The notes under the pieces were generated by a model. That model saw only the letters and a list, made by a program, of their open reading frames with translations, made no database searches and had not been told where the DNA came from. Made by a program: the position numbers and the translations under genes. This document shows, piece by piece, positions 13,481 to 25,988 of a stretch of DNA of 64,000 nucleotides (position 1 is its first letter; every line of letters begins with the position of its first letter). Source of the stretch: Podarcis vaucheri (lineage: Eukaryota); NCBI GenBank assembly GCA_965113315.1, contig OZ220367.1. One strand, given 5' to 3'.

Positions 13481-15638
13481 TGCTTAAGACACATTAAACG
13501 AGACTTATTTTTTAATACAGTATGTCCACAATTTACATGCCTTTAACTTGTGCATGTTCATCTTTATGTGCTGGCTGGGGCAGGGAGAGAATTAAAAGGG
13601 GGTGGGCATCCAGGATAAAAGGCTTTGGTAATCCCACCCACCATTGAACCCTCTGTGTTTTGACTATATGTGATTTTAGCTTTGTGGATAAACATGGATA
13701 GGGTCACACTTTTTGGCCAGCTGTGATAAACTCTGTTGTTAGCGACTTTGAATGAATCAGTTTCAGTTTCACACCATAAAAATGACAAAACTGTCATTTC
13801 TGGAAGGGTTTGGAGTAGATAAAGGAAATAGGAACTGTAAAATATTCTCAGCAGTTGGAAGAATGCAACCTGAATGACAGCCTTTACCATAGTATAAACA
13901 TCACCGTCTAACCTATAACTGAAATATTATTTGCATTTTACCAAGACAAAACAGAGAATGGCTTGCAAAGGAGAACAGCAGCAAAACCTTGGAAAACCCC
14001 AAGGTGCGCAGCTACAAACCAACTGGCCTGAGAGTAAAAACAACACAGATAACATCTGGCCAGGCCAGTTTCCTGCTGGTTGTTTGGCAAGCCTACCAGC
14101 CAGCCAGGTGCATAAAAACCTCCCTGCTTTGGCAGTTCAAGGCAAGCAGCAAAAGGAGAGATTTGTAATACTCCTCTCAAACCAAACTGAAGTCATGTTC
14201 TTTCCTGTAATTTCACTCAACTTTGAAATGTACCCCATCTTGGCTGGGGGGCAAACTGGTTTACGGTCAGCTGACGACTATAGCTTTTATTGTGTGCTTC
14301 CTTTACACATTTCCAGACACGTCTAAGTAAAGCCATGTAAAATCTAGGTATCTAAGGGGAGCTTTACCAACCTTGCACCCAAACCATGCTTGGTTATTTG
14401 TTTCCATTACACTTTTCTTTAAAATACAGAGGTTTGGGTCAAATATTTTATCAATCCACAATCTAAGCCCAAGTCAGACTTGTACTTCTTCTTGCAGACA
14501 AGACACACATACTAAATGCACTAAAGTTGTTGGACGACAATTCCCATCACCAGAGAGGTGTACGTAGGTGTTGGAGAAGCCGGCACTCTCCAGGGGCACT
14601 GGCCCTGGGGGAGCACAAAAACCACCCCAGAAATCTGCCTCCAGTTATCTGTGTCAGGTCATGAGTTTAGACCAGAGCTGGAAACTGAGCAGTAGGAGAA
14701 ATGGTGAGGCGGTATGAAGGCAGACCACTGGAGACTATGGCATCTATGATGTATATGTGTTTAGCAACATGCCACTGCTGTTGCAGTAAGTTCAAACGCA
14801 GGAGATTCTTCCTGTCTTTCTTGCCCTTCCTCCTCACCCTCACTCCAGACACTTTGACTACTTGGGTCACATAAAACGTAGTGATTTCTAATGTGGCTAC
14901 TATGGTATATTGATTTTTGAGGTGGGGGGAGCAATACAGATCCTTGCCAACTGCATAAGGGACCCTAGATACACCTCTGCCCATCACCCCTGACTTTGGC
15001 TGTGCTGACTGATGGGAGTTATTAGTCAACAACATCTGGAAGGTAACACTTTGACTACTTCTAGCCACACACAGAAAACACCAGGGAATAAGATACTGGA
15101 AATGTGCTTATGAGGGAAAAGCCCATTGTTTCCTCAACTACCTTGATAGTAACGTTCTTATCACCATGCAAGGAAAGCCTCAAATGTTGACAGAGGTTCT
15201 TGGGAGGGAGATGAACTGCCATGACCTTTGTAACAGAGTGTGGAAAGAGCAACACACAACCTTGTCCATAACCACCCATCAACATTCAAGATGAAAAGCT
15301 CGTAGAAATTAGTTCTTTCCAAGGTTTGTTTAGAAAAGGGCCCAAGCAGCAGGTTAGTCATTCTTATTAGGCATGTTCGCCATTGTTATTATACACAGCT
15401 GCTTTCAAGAGACACAAGGCAGGCACTAAGTGTGTAGCAGTGGAGGCCAAAATGTAAGTGTTTCTAAATACATTGAAATATATACATTCTTTCAAGCAAG
15501 GTGGGAAGTGATGGGTTGCTACAATCAGGTTACAAAATTGGAGTGATGTCCAGAGTAGCCCAGTTTTAGCAATGGGAATTACGACGGGGGAAAAAAATTG
15601 AAAAAAAGTCTTAGTCATACTTGTCTTTAAACCAAATA

Positions 15639-15886
15639 CAGTGGTACCTCGGGTTAAGTACCGGTACTTAATTTGTTCCGGAGGTCCGTTCTTAACCTGA
15701 AACTGTTCTTAACCTGAAGAACCACTTTAGCTAATGGGGCCTCCTGCTGCCGCTGCGCCGCTGTTGCACAATTTCTGTTCTCATCCTGAAGCAGAGTTCT
15801 TAACCCAAGGTACTATTTCTGGGTTAGCAGAGTCTGGAACTTGAAGCATATGTAACCTGAAGTGTATGTAACCCAAGGTACCACTG
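15639..15886 (-). mobile_element. Tc1/mariner-type MITE, opposite orientation
   Basis: TA|CAGTGGTACCTC...AGGTACCACTG|TA; the internal sequence is the reverse complement of 8040-8281. Confidence 0.9.
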
Positions 15887-16079
15887 TATAGCTAAATGAT
15901 CGGTGTCTATTTCACAAATTTATATCCGTCCCCCGCAAAAAGAAATTCAAAGCTGCCAATAACAATAAAATATACACACATACCAAATTGACAAATAAAC
16001 CACAAAAAAACATAATAAAAACCTTAATTTTTAAAAAACAAAAAATCAACAAAAACATCCATTCACAAAGCTCCCCAAA

Positions 16080-16350
16080 CTGAGTGAAGCTATAAAGGAA
16101 AACAGTCTTTAAATATTAATAGGAATGAGAGGATGGAGGTTTCCCATCCTAAACCAGGCTTTGGCCCACAAAGTGTTCGGACTTGGCGAATCTAAGCCAA
16201 GAGGACTTTTCACAAGGTGCACGCCACAAAAAGGACTCTGCTCCATTTTGCTGCCCCCTAGGATTCAGGTGATTCCTCAGGTGATGAATGGAGCATGTGA
16301 AGAGGAACTTATGGAAGAAGGTGCTCTTTGAGGTATATGGGTCCCAAGCA
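16080..16350 (-). mobile_element. Degraded L2-type LINE 3' fragment
   Basis: Similar to the L2-like minus-strand fragment at 38340-38660 (aaaacagtcttt, ccacaaaaaggactctg, gaggtatatgggtcccaagc). Confidence 0.4.
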
Positions 16351-16499
16351 ATTTAGGTAATACCGTATTCTTTTCTCTTCTTTCATAATGCAATATAAAT
16401 AGTACAATCATAATACTTAAGGGGGGGATTGCCAGAAATGCATACTTAATTCATTCTTGTTGACCCTCCAGAACAAGTAGATAAATAAATTATTGGAAT

Positions 16500-17585
16500 T
16501 TCTCCAAAATTCTTCAGTGAGGTACTTCGTCGAAAGCTTTTTGAAAGTCCAAGTACAAGGCTGTATGAATTGTGTATTGCTTAGTTGGGTCTCTGGACTG
16601 TAATAAAGATTGTTGTTGTTGCTGTTGATATCAACTGGATCACCTCTATCTATATGCTTGTTGATACTCTCAAAGCACCCTAAGAGGTTAGTGAGACAGG
16701 GCTTACACTTGCAAAAGCCATGCTGGTTCTGCTTCAGCAAGACTTGTTCTTCATATGCTTTCCACCTGCTTTCCTGGAAGACACATGAAACTAACTGGCT
16801 GTTATTTCTTGGATTCCCCCAGATCGCTTTTTAAAAACTGGCAGCCGGATGGCCACTTTCCTGTATAGAGGCCGATCTTAGAGACACATTAAATCTTTTT
16901 GTTAAGAGTATCAGCAATTTCACCTTTGAGTTACTTAAGAACACTTGGGCAAATGCTATCTGAACCTGGTGATTTTCCGTTTTTATTTTGCCAGTAAGGC
17001 CTAGAGCACTTTCTCTTATCACCACAATTCTTCAGACTCTCCTTCCTGTGAAAGTTAGTTCAGGCACAGGGATCTGAACTATATTGTCCATTGTCAAAGT
17101 ATTCACCCAGTTTCTCTGCAATCTTCTTTTCTTCCTTCAATATACCTTTGACCTACTTGTCGTCTAAAGGCTAAAGCACCTCCCTAGCTTATCTCCTGCT
17201 ACTAATGTATATAGTGATTTTTTTTTTGTCTTTATGTTTGCTTGTTCATAACTATGTGCTCCTCACATTTCGTTCCCCCCATCTCATACTGTCTACTTGC
17301 ACTTCTTTTGCCAAAGTTTGTTTCCTCATTTGGACTAGACTTTCTGAAGGTAGCCTTTTTAGCTTCTAACAGTTCCTTCACTCTGCTTGCAAACCACATC
17401 CCCTTGGCCCTGATGGTACCTTTCTTGATGGGTGGTAACCCTTCTAACTGAACTTCTAATATTGTAGTTTTCAATAACCCTGAAGCATTCTGGAGACATC
17501 TGACCCTTCTTAACTTTCTCTTTCAACTTCATTTTGGGGAAATTTCCTCTTTTGAAGTCAGATGTGACTGTGTTGCATTTAACAA
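16500..17585 (-). mobile_element. CR1 LINE ORF2 fragments, degenerate and internally deleted
   Basis: LKQNQHGFCKCKPCLTNLLGCFESINKHIDRGDPVDI...DFQKAFD is a CR1 RT motif; further CR1-like segments (LEAKKATFRK, DFKRGNFPKM) lie upstream on the minus strand. Confidence 0.85.
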
Positions 17586-18779
17586 TTAACCATGTGAGTA
17601 ATCTTGTGCATATTTCAACACAGCAATGAAGGGTCGGGGGGGTCATGGGGGTCATGGGGGCAGGGAGTGGTGCATCTAAGAACTGTTTTTGCAATCAGCT
17701 TTTAAATTGTCTTTTGCATTTCCTACACTCGAACACAAATAATGAAACCTAAATGAGCTAGAACATTCATTCGGTTTTTAAAATAAGCCTCTTCTATATT
17801 TGATATGTCTAAATACTGTAAAAAGAGGTAACAAATGAAGACCAAAAGGCATGGCTACTTGTGGAAAAAATCAGAGGGATACAGTACTGGCCCTTTAACC
17901 CATAAATTATTCCAGGACAGGACAGCAGTTAACCCTATTAGCTGGGCAAAACGTGTCGGACAATAAAGGGCTATTGTAAGCACACTAACATGATATACAG
18001 TAATCGTTTTATTATTATTTTAGTATTATTTACTAATTACGACCATTGTTATAAGAGTAGGAGTAGCAGCATGTTAGCAAGTGGGGAAGGGTGAGTCTCC
18101 ACCCCAAGAAGCTCACATTCTAAATATACACAATGCGGAAGACAACAAAGGGAAGGAAGGGAGGCAAAGGAAACAGGATGAATGTAAGCAAAAGTTTGTT
18201 AGGTTTTAGCTGGGGATGAGAACACTGTTTTAATTATTAGGATCTGGGGAATTTTTCCACAGCTGCTAGCGTCATATTGAAGTAATGTGAAGTTGATGGC
18301 AATGTAGAGTGTGCTGTGTATCTGTTAATTCAATCTGTTTGGATTGCTGGATGATCATACTATTTGTTGCTTGTAAAACTTTGTAAGGAGCCATGTGCCC
18401 TGATAATGCTACATAAATGAATAAATAATAATAATAATAATCCAAATCACAAGTACACAATCCACGATTTGCCACTCATGCAAAGGGTCTGTTTGTCAGT
18501 GTTTACGGTTACTATCTGTCAGAATTCCCCTTCTGACAAGAAATAACTCAAAAAGCAGTTGTTCGAAACGAGGAACTATTTAGAGAAACAGAGTCGGTTC
18601 TGTGAAACTGGCTAGAAATACCCTGACTGCTCTACAAACGATCTTGGGTGTTTAATTTTTTCAAAATAAAAACTCCAAGCCATTCAGTAAGTTCCTCATC
18701 TTTGCTTCCCCACCCTTTCGCTCTCCGAGAAAGCAGAGCTGAAGGGTGAATGGGGAATAGTATTACCATGCGACCCAAC

Positions 18780-19100
18780 CTGTTGGAAAGCTTTTCATAA
18801 AGGGAAGCAGAGGGTGGGCTTTTCCTTTCAAAGCTGGCACTCTCCGCGCACAAAAGGCAGCTGTAGTAGTAAACTCCGCTCCTTTTGAATCAGACAAGCT
18901 TCCTCTCAGCCAACGGCAAGCCAAGCCAGCTGCTGACGTCAGAGCTCGCCTGGGAAGCTTGCAGGCTTGCTGCTTTTGCTCAGATGAACTGGAGCTGTTT
19001 TTGAGACCGGAGCTGGCGGGAAGGGCAGCTGAAGCCAGAGCGCTTTCTCGTTTTCTCGTCTCAGGCTCGAACTGCGATGCTCGGCTAAGGGTTACTCTTT
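18780..19100 (+). promoter_or_regulatory. Probable RASGEF1A promoter; locally CpG-enriched, with a full CRE TGACGTCA at 18934-18941
   Basis: CpG density is raised relative to the flanks, a palindromic CRE is present, and the region lies just upstream of a consensus donor AGG|gtaagg at 19164/19165. Confidence 0.55.
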
Positions 19101-19164
19101 TAGAAAGCCACCGGGATCAACATAGCACTACAAGCTTATGTACATACTACAGAAAACAATGAGG
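18950..19164 (+). other. RASGEF1A: Probable first exon of RASGEF1A (start approximate); ends ATG AGG|gtaagg
   Basis: ATG at 19159 (acaATGA, A at -3) followed by AGG is in frame with exon 2 GAA ACT ATG (25809), giving MRETMPQT. Confidence 0.55.
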
Positions 19165-19811
19165 GTAAGGAAAAACAATTCCCCATTCTTCCTTTATTTC
19201 TCTTTTACGGAATTTCCTGGGAATGTTTTGTTTTGTTGTTCTAATACTTCTTTCCCCCTCCTCCCGGAAGAGCAGTAAACGACATTCGGGACTCAGTCCC
19301 CCCCAGGTGAAACTTTGGCTTCTCTGCTAAACTGGAGTCGTGTCGCATGCACGACAGCCAAGGTTTAAAAGTAGTGCGTATGTGGATATTGTTAAATGGC
19401 TTTGCTGTGTTGTGGGGGAAAGAACGGCTCCCACGTTAAAAGAGCTGGAGGGGTGTCTCTTTTTCTCTTTATGGGATCCTGTCAAAGTGCATTTTTGCTT
19501 ACAGATCCAAAATGCACATTGCGGTTTGGTTTCGCGTTTGGCTGCTGTTGTATAAATATAATCGGGCCAGCTTCAGAGCACTTGTGCTCCAGAGACTGCT
19601 GGCGAAAGTACAGTATGCGTTTTACATTGTTTTATCTAGAAATAAGGAATTCTTTGAGCTCTATTCCAGTGTTTACTGACAGAAATAACAAGAGTAGGTG
19701 ACTTTTAGCCTCGGCATGGGCAAACATAAAGATCTTAAACATCCCAGCTCCGCATTCTTAACATGCCAAAGCAAATATATTATTTCCCCCTCTTTCTCCT
19801 CTCCCCTCCTT

Positions 19812-19814
<3 letters not shown>

Positions 19815-19848
<34 letters not shown>
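19815..19848. repeat. (TC)n microsatellite
   Basis: Seen directly. Confidence 0.95.
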
Positions 19849-19852
<4 letters not shown>

Positions 19853-21059
19853 AGCTTTTAACTTGTTTGGTTATTGCTCTCTTTTCTTGGAGTGGAACTA
19901 GATGTTGCTAGACACACTACTTTGTGTATATTTTGTACTCCTCATGGCAACCTATAGCATTCTACAATGCACAATGTGATGTCATCACCCGTTTCATTTT
20001 TCTGACACCACGATCAATGATAAGAGAGGGAACACACGGCAGAATGTTATGTTATTTTAGATTTTTGTGTTCCTTGGGGCACAGAGAGGATTTGCTTTTT
20101 GCTTATATTATTCTATAATATACCACATAAGGGAAACATGTCATGCAACTACAAGTCTCAAAACCATTGAATCCATTGTCTTGGTAGTCAATGTGGTACA
20201 GGGGGGTGGCATTTCCCTGGGCTTGGAAAATCCAGGTTCAAACATCTATTCAGTCATGTTTTTGGGGTAGCCTTCAGTAAGTCCCTGTTATGCCAACCTC
20301 AGAAGGTCATTGTGAAAAGAAAATGGGGTATTTTAAAGGAAATCCACAGGCAAGCCAAGCAACTTATTTGAGATAAGCCAGTCCTCTCTAGAGATGTGAA
20401 GGCGCTGTCAAAAAGACAAGAAAAGAATCAGGGAAAAACCCCAATTTCATTCTTTCCCTCCCCTTAAGACTTCTTCCTGGTTTTTCCAGTGGGGGAAATG
20501 GAAGTAGGTTTTGTTGCCACAGAATATCTAAGGGTGTAAAGAAATGGATCCTGGGTAGGTTTAGCTGAAATGCAATGTACAGTCACCATTTGTTTGCCTT
20601 GACCTCCCCCCCCAGGTGTGCATATGTTCCCTCTAGCTGTACATTATGGGGGTGGTGGGTGAGGAACAGGAGCAGAATGCCTGCTAGCATTGCTTCTTAA
20701 ACTCTGCATGTTCAGGGTGAGTGTGAAAGTGGCCTCCTTGCCCAGAGCCAAATACACATGGGGCTCCTTCACAGAATTGGGAACACTGATTGCCCCACAA
20801 ACCAAGCTGTACACATGTACAGCAGCTTGCACGCATTCTGCTTTTACACTCATTCTAAACATGTGGGTGCCAGGGAACATGGGTAGTGTGTGCACCAATA
20901 CTAGCAAAGTTGCCAGCAGGTGAAAGCCTCTACCCAAGTTTATTCATCATGTGAGGAGGGGGTTGTTTAGTGTAGATGTGCTAACATGTCATTTCATGGA
21001 TTTGGAATCTCGTCATGCGCGGCCAATGATTCTACTCTTCATATTCAAATCTAGGTGCC

Positions 21060-21230
21060 TAAGAACATAAAAGTAGTCCTTCTGGATCAGGCCAAAGGTT
21101 CGTTTTGTCCAGCATTTTGTTTACATCAACAGCTGGCCAGATGATGAGAAAGGGCATGAAGGCAACAGCCCTCCCATGTTGTCTGCCCTCCACATCTGGT
21201 GTTCAGAGGTCTACTGCCTCTTAACATGGT
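21060..21230 (-). mobile_element. CR1-type 3' terminal fragment
   Basis: aagaacataa..ctggatcaggccaaaggt..gtccagcat matches the reverse complement of a reptile CR1 3' end as recalled. Confidence 0.55.
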
Positions 21231-21299
21231 AACTTTCAACTATCACAGCTGAGAGTTGTTGATACACCTGTCTTCCTCAACTGATAAGAAATAAGAACT

Positions 21300-21430
21300 A
21301 CACAACTTTTGTAAGACATCGGAAGGCAGCGCTGTATTGGGAAGTTTTTAATGTTTGACCTTTTATTATTATTTTTTATGTGTTGGAAGCTGTCCAGAGT
21401 GGTTGGTGTATAAATAATAACATTTTCATT
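21300..21430 (+). mobile_element. L2-type LINE 3' end fragment
   Basis: gggaagtttttaatgtttga..gttggaagc..ccagagtgg..tataaataataa tail. Confidence 0.55.
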
Positions 21431-21731
21431 ATTATCAGGATTGTATTCTAAATGGGGCCACTGATGAACAAGAGGGAGGGAGCAGCAGGCTTGGAAGCAA
21501 ACCCAAGGTTTGCAAAAGTACAAAAAGATTTCCCTAGGGGAAAATCTTAAAAGGAAAACCCCACCACTACCAAAACCGTCTAGTTAGTACTGTCCATAGT
21601 CAATGGCCTCAGGATGCTGAATGTCCATTGGTGGAATGGCAACTGGGAGGAGTATGGAATGGTGTTCCTGAAAGAGGGCTTGGCTGGCAGGCTCTAACCT
21701 TGAAAAGAAGTGCACTACATGACAACATTTT

Positions 21732-22086
21732 GGGACGCAGGTGGCGCTGTGGGTTAAACCACAGAGCCTAGGACTTGCCGAACAGAAGGTTGAGGGTTCG
21801 AATCCCCACAACGGGGTGAGCTCCCATTGCTCGGTCCCTGCTCCTGCCAACCTAGCAGTTCAAAGCATGTCAAAGTGCAAGTAGATAAATAGGTACCACT
21901 CTGGCGGGAAGGTAGACGGCATTTCCGTGCACCGTTCTGGTTCACCAGAAGCGGCTTAGTCATGCTGGCCACATGACCTGGAAGCTGTACGCCAACTCCC
22001 TCGGCCAATAAAGCGAGATGAGCGTTACAACCCCAGAGTCGGCCATGATTGGACCTAATGGTCAGGGGCCCCTTTACCTTTACCTT
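21732..22086 (+). mobile_element. Sauria SINE (Squam1-type), full length
   Basis: tRNA-like head with B box GGTTCGAATCC, (ACCTTT)n tail and 16-bp TSD TACATGACAACATTTT at 21716-21731 and 22087-22102. Confidence 0.92.
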
Positions 22087-25000
22087 TACATGACAACATT
22101 TTGTTGCAGGCCCCACTGGTCTAAGCAGATCCCTGCATCTTGTTGCTTTGAATCTTATGTTAATTATTCACTTTGTGAAGGTATACCTCCTTTTGCCTGT
22201 GTTAATCCTGCCAATGAATCAATTTCATTGCCTGACCCTGCGTTTTAATACTATGAAAGAAGCATGTTCCCTCCTATTCCATAATCTGCAGTTTGGGCAT
22301 GCATCTAGATGAAATAGCCTGACAGTGCACACTGTACATGAGTAGCTCATTAAAAACCACTGCCATATCCCTTAAAAGGAAGGAGTAAACTCACAGGCAA
22401 CTCGCATAATAAACAGAGTCGAGCTGCCTTCCACGTCCCTCCCTCCCTCCCAAAGAAACATCCCATTTGTCAAGCTGTCATGTGAACCTACAAGGATGCC
22501 TTGTGACTAAATTTGTGAAATACCACAGAACATTACCAAGAAAGCACTTGTGCATAGAATTGCCGTGTCTCATTTCTCAATTATATGTCAATTAGATGCT
22601 GTACATTTTGTCTCTCGTCCCCATTCACATGAGTCACTTCAAACATTTAAATGACAAACACTGGCCTGAACTGTGGGAGGGATATGCTGCTGTTTACTAT
22701 TAGGGACATTCTGCCTTCTAAGTCGTAAACAGCTGTGCAGGATTCTGTCCTAGCATATGAGCTGGCAGGAGTTTTCTTCTTTCTTGGTGTCAGGGTGATG
22801 TTGGAATTAACTTAGACAAGTCCCCAACTGGCTTGCTAAATATTGCTTTTTTGGGGGGGAGGGGGAAAGCTTCCTTAAAAGGGAACATAATGTTTGGCTG
22901 ATGCTTTATATAGCAGAGCTGGCTCACACTGAATTAATGTCCCATATGAAATTTAATGTTGCTCCCCCAGCTCACATCATGTTGTGGTATTGCCTCCTCA
23001 AGGTTGTCCCAAAAGTAGTTCCATCCCCCTCTTTTTTATATAAGTAAATTGTGTGAAGGGAAGGACCTGAAATGGGAGCAGTTATGAGAGTTGCAATACC
23101 CTTGTTCTAGCCCCTATTGTCCCAAGAGGTGTGAGGCATTTGTGTTACACCATTCAGGGTTTGTTTTGGGTTTCACAGTAGCCCCCTAGATTTGGATAAG
23201 CCAGGCAGCTGCATGTCCTTCATATTGTGTTGAGCTGTCAGGAATGCGGGGAGTGGAAGAGGGTTAACAGTAGAAAGCAACAATTATTTTAGTGTTAGTA
23301 TTAATGATGAAGTGAGGTTGACTCATCACCTTGGACCTTGCAATGAACATCCATGAATTTTCATCAGGTAGTGGGAGGTTCATGAACTGTTTGCTTGCAT
23401 ATGCATCAAAGGGCAATAAGGAGTCATGCATGCCCATTACAAAGTTTGCTGAAGCTCCATGGCTGGTGGAATTTTTCACGTGCCATATAGACATTACATA
23501 TGCATGGTAGAATTCTGAGTGATGGCATACAGGAGCTCTAGCATTACTTAGCAGTGATGTGTTATAACTTAGTTAATGAATCCCCAAATATTGCAGGATA
23601 TCTACATTTTAGTGCAATTAAGGGAGACTTTGTGGTTTATGATGTGCCTGGCAGTGACTGGTTTAGTTGCTCTAATGTCACAGAAAGCAGAAATGTCTCT
23701 GACTGCCATTGGCTCAGCAGCTCAGAGCTCAGAAACAAGCATGGCAGGCAGCAGGAAAGGCGATATGGAAGAAATGGGGGGTTTGGAAAGGAAAGGTCCT
23801 GAGAAAGCAGTGCCAATCCATCAAAGAAAGTAGGGTCCAGAGAATGGAGGGAAAGCAAAGGCTGGGGTGGTGGGGGAGAGACTGCAAAGAAAAGAAAACT
23901 GAGATGGCAAAATTGCTCATGACCAGGAAATGCAAAGGTGAAGAATTGCATATTAACTAGCAATAAAGAGCCCTATCTTTGGCTATAGACATCGAGTATT
24001 CCCATATTTCAGGAAACTAATTTTCTACTAGATCTCTTGCTCATGGCAATACTACAGTCTCATGGACATGATACCATACATACCAGCCATGAAATGTTTA
24101 CAAAGCCATCCCAATATCCATGGCACGAAGGAAGCAGAGCAATGTCACCTGAGCCACTATTGAGGATTTCTCTTAGCAACTACTCCTGATATAGCTTAGC
24201 AACCTTGAAAATTCAGGCTAGTAAACACGAGATACTGAGAAAGCATATGGAGGGCTGATGCATAATCACTCTGACATTCACGTTTCATGATCTAAGCACA
24301 CCATGGCAACTTGATTGTTTTCGCCTCCCATGCAAATTTGCTTTGCAGCCACACATATTTGTAGTTGTTGACTATCGCATACTTCAGTCTGATAGCTAGG
24401 AGAAGAGCTGGGTGGGGGGAGCTCTGATCTCTGCCAATAACCCAGGATAGCAGGTATACTATTTTTCCCTGAAGCAAGACAGAAACACAAGATGCTGTAA
24501 GGTTGTGTTTGCACTCACCAGTATGTTGTTAAGACAAGCAGACAGTCTGGCCCCATGTATTTCTGTCCCAGGATAAGACCTGGTTCCTGCCACCTCCCTC
24601 TGACCATGCTTAGAGAAAGCTGCCAGACTCAGAGACTCGGTTTAACCAACTGCTCGGTTTCCCAACTGTCCCTATAGCCCGCACACCTCTGAAAGCATCA
24701 CCCCAGCAACGCATTCTTCAGTGTTCCAGAAGCCAACTGCCTCCCCAGATTACCTGCTCTTTGGCAGATGTTGTGTCAGCAGACACATCTTCAGACACTT
24801 CTAGAAGTGTCCATGTATGAGAGGGCAGGGCAAATGAGATGAACTGCTGTCAAGATCTAAACCAGATCAAGGAGAACAGCCATGCTTGAATTGGTTTTCT
24901 GCTAAGTAGCCATCTAAACAGGTCAGGCAGAATTGCTTTGTTCCACCTTGGGAAGCTCCTCATGTCATGTGGATATTTCCTGCCCTGTCAAGATCCGGTG

Positions 25001-25808
25001 AAGAGACTTCACTACACATGCCCTGTCCTTGGGATGCTTAAACATTGATGGCCTTGGAAGAGCAGTGTCATTTCTCTTGAGAATTCTCCCCCCAAGTGAG
25101 GTCCACTTTTTGAAGTCTTTACTTACAAAGTTTAAACCCAGGAGTGAGGAGCTTCCAGATTTGCTGGACGAAGAGCCCACCAACCATGACCACTGATCAC
25201 TTGGGCTGAGGCTATTGAGGACTAAGCTGAACAACCCTTGGATGGAAGGGTACAGGTCCCCAACTCCTGTTGTAAGGCAACTCACTTCCACCATGTGTTT
25301 AATTTGTGGGTTTTTCATTGGAATATTTTAATTGTTAATCTTAAGCTTCTCTTTTAATAGTTACTTGTTTTTATAGGAATCCTTATGAACAATTTTTAAG
25401 ACTGATTGTTTGGTTTACTCTTTGTAAGAATGTGTCCTCGAGGTTGTCTTCAAACACTCTTATTGTGAGACACAAATGTCATCCTGCTAGCCAGGGCACA
25501 ATTAAATGCGTATTTAATTTAACAACAAAGCCAGACAAAAGGCTTCATGCACACTTGGGCATGTTGGGACTGCAAATTCCTCTTCCAAAGTTCATGCTAT
25601 GTTATGTACAGTACAAAAAAGCAGTCTGACCCTATGAAGAGTTGGCCAGAGGTCCAAGCCAAATAATTGTAGTGGACTTAAGCATGCCTAATGTTGCACA
25701 GGATCAGGCTGATATTTATTCAAAACATGGGAAAGCACCAATGAGACATATGAAAAAGCCGCTGTATATGGCTCACATCGCTTCCATTTTCTCCCTCCAC
25801 TTTTGCAG

Positions 25809-25988
25809 GAAACTATGCCCCAGACACCAATATTTTCCAGCATGCTTGGTTCCGGATGTAGTGGGCAGGTGCAGCCAGATACAGGAGAGAGGAGTGGAGA
25901 TCCTGTTTATCAAGATGGGAGTCTCATCTCTGGATCACTAGAGGCCCTGATTGAGTGCCTAGTACCCACCACAGACTATTATCCAGAT
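25809..25988 (+). CDS. RASGEF1A: RASGEF1A exon 2 (ETMPQTPIFSS...PTTDYYPD)
   Basis: ttttgcag| acceptor; GAT|gtaagt donor; ATG at 25815. Confidence 0.93.

Noticed and set aside
19815-19850. Cryptic acceptor (TC)n-AG in intron 1
   Set aside because: No matching downstream donor or coding frame was identified; it is adequately explained as a microsatellite.
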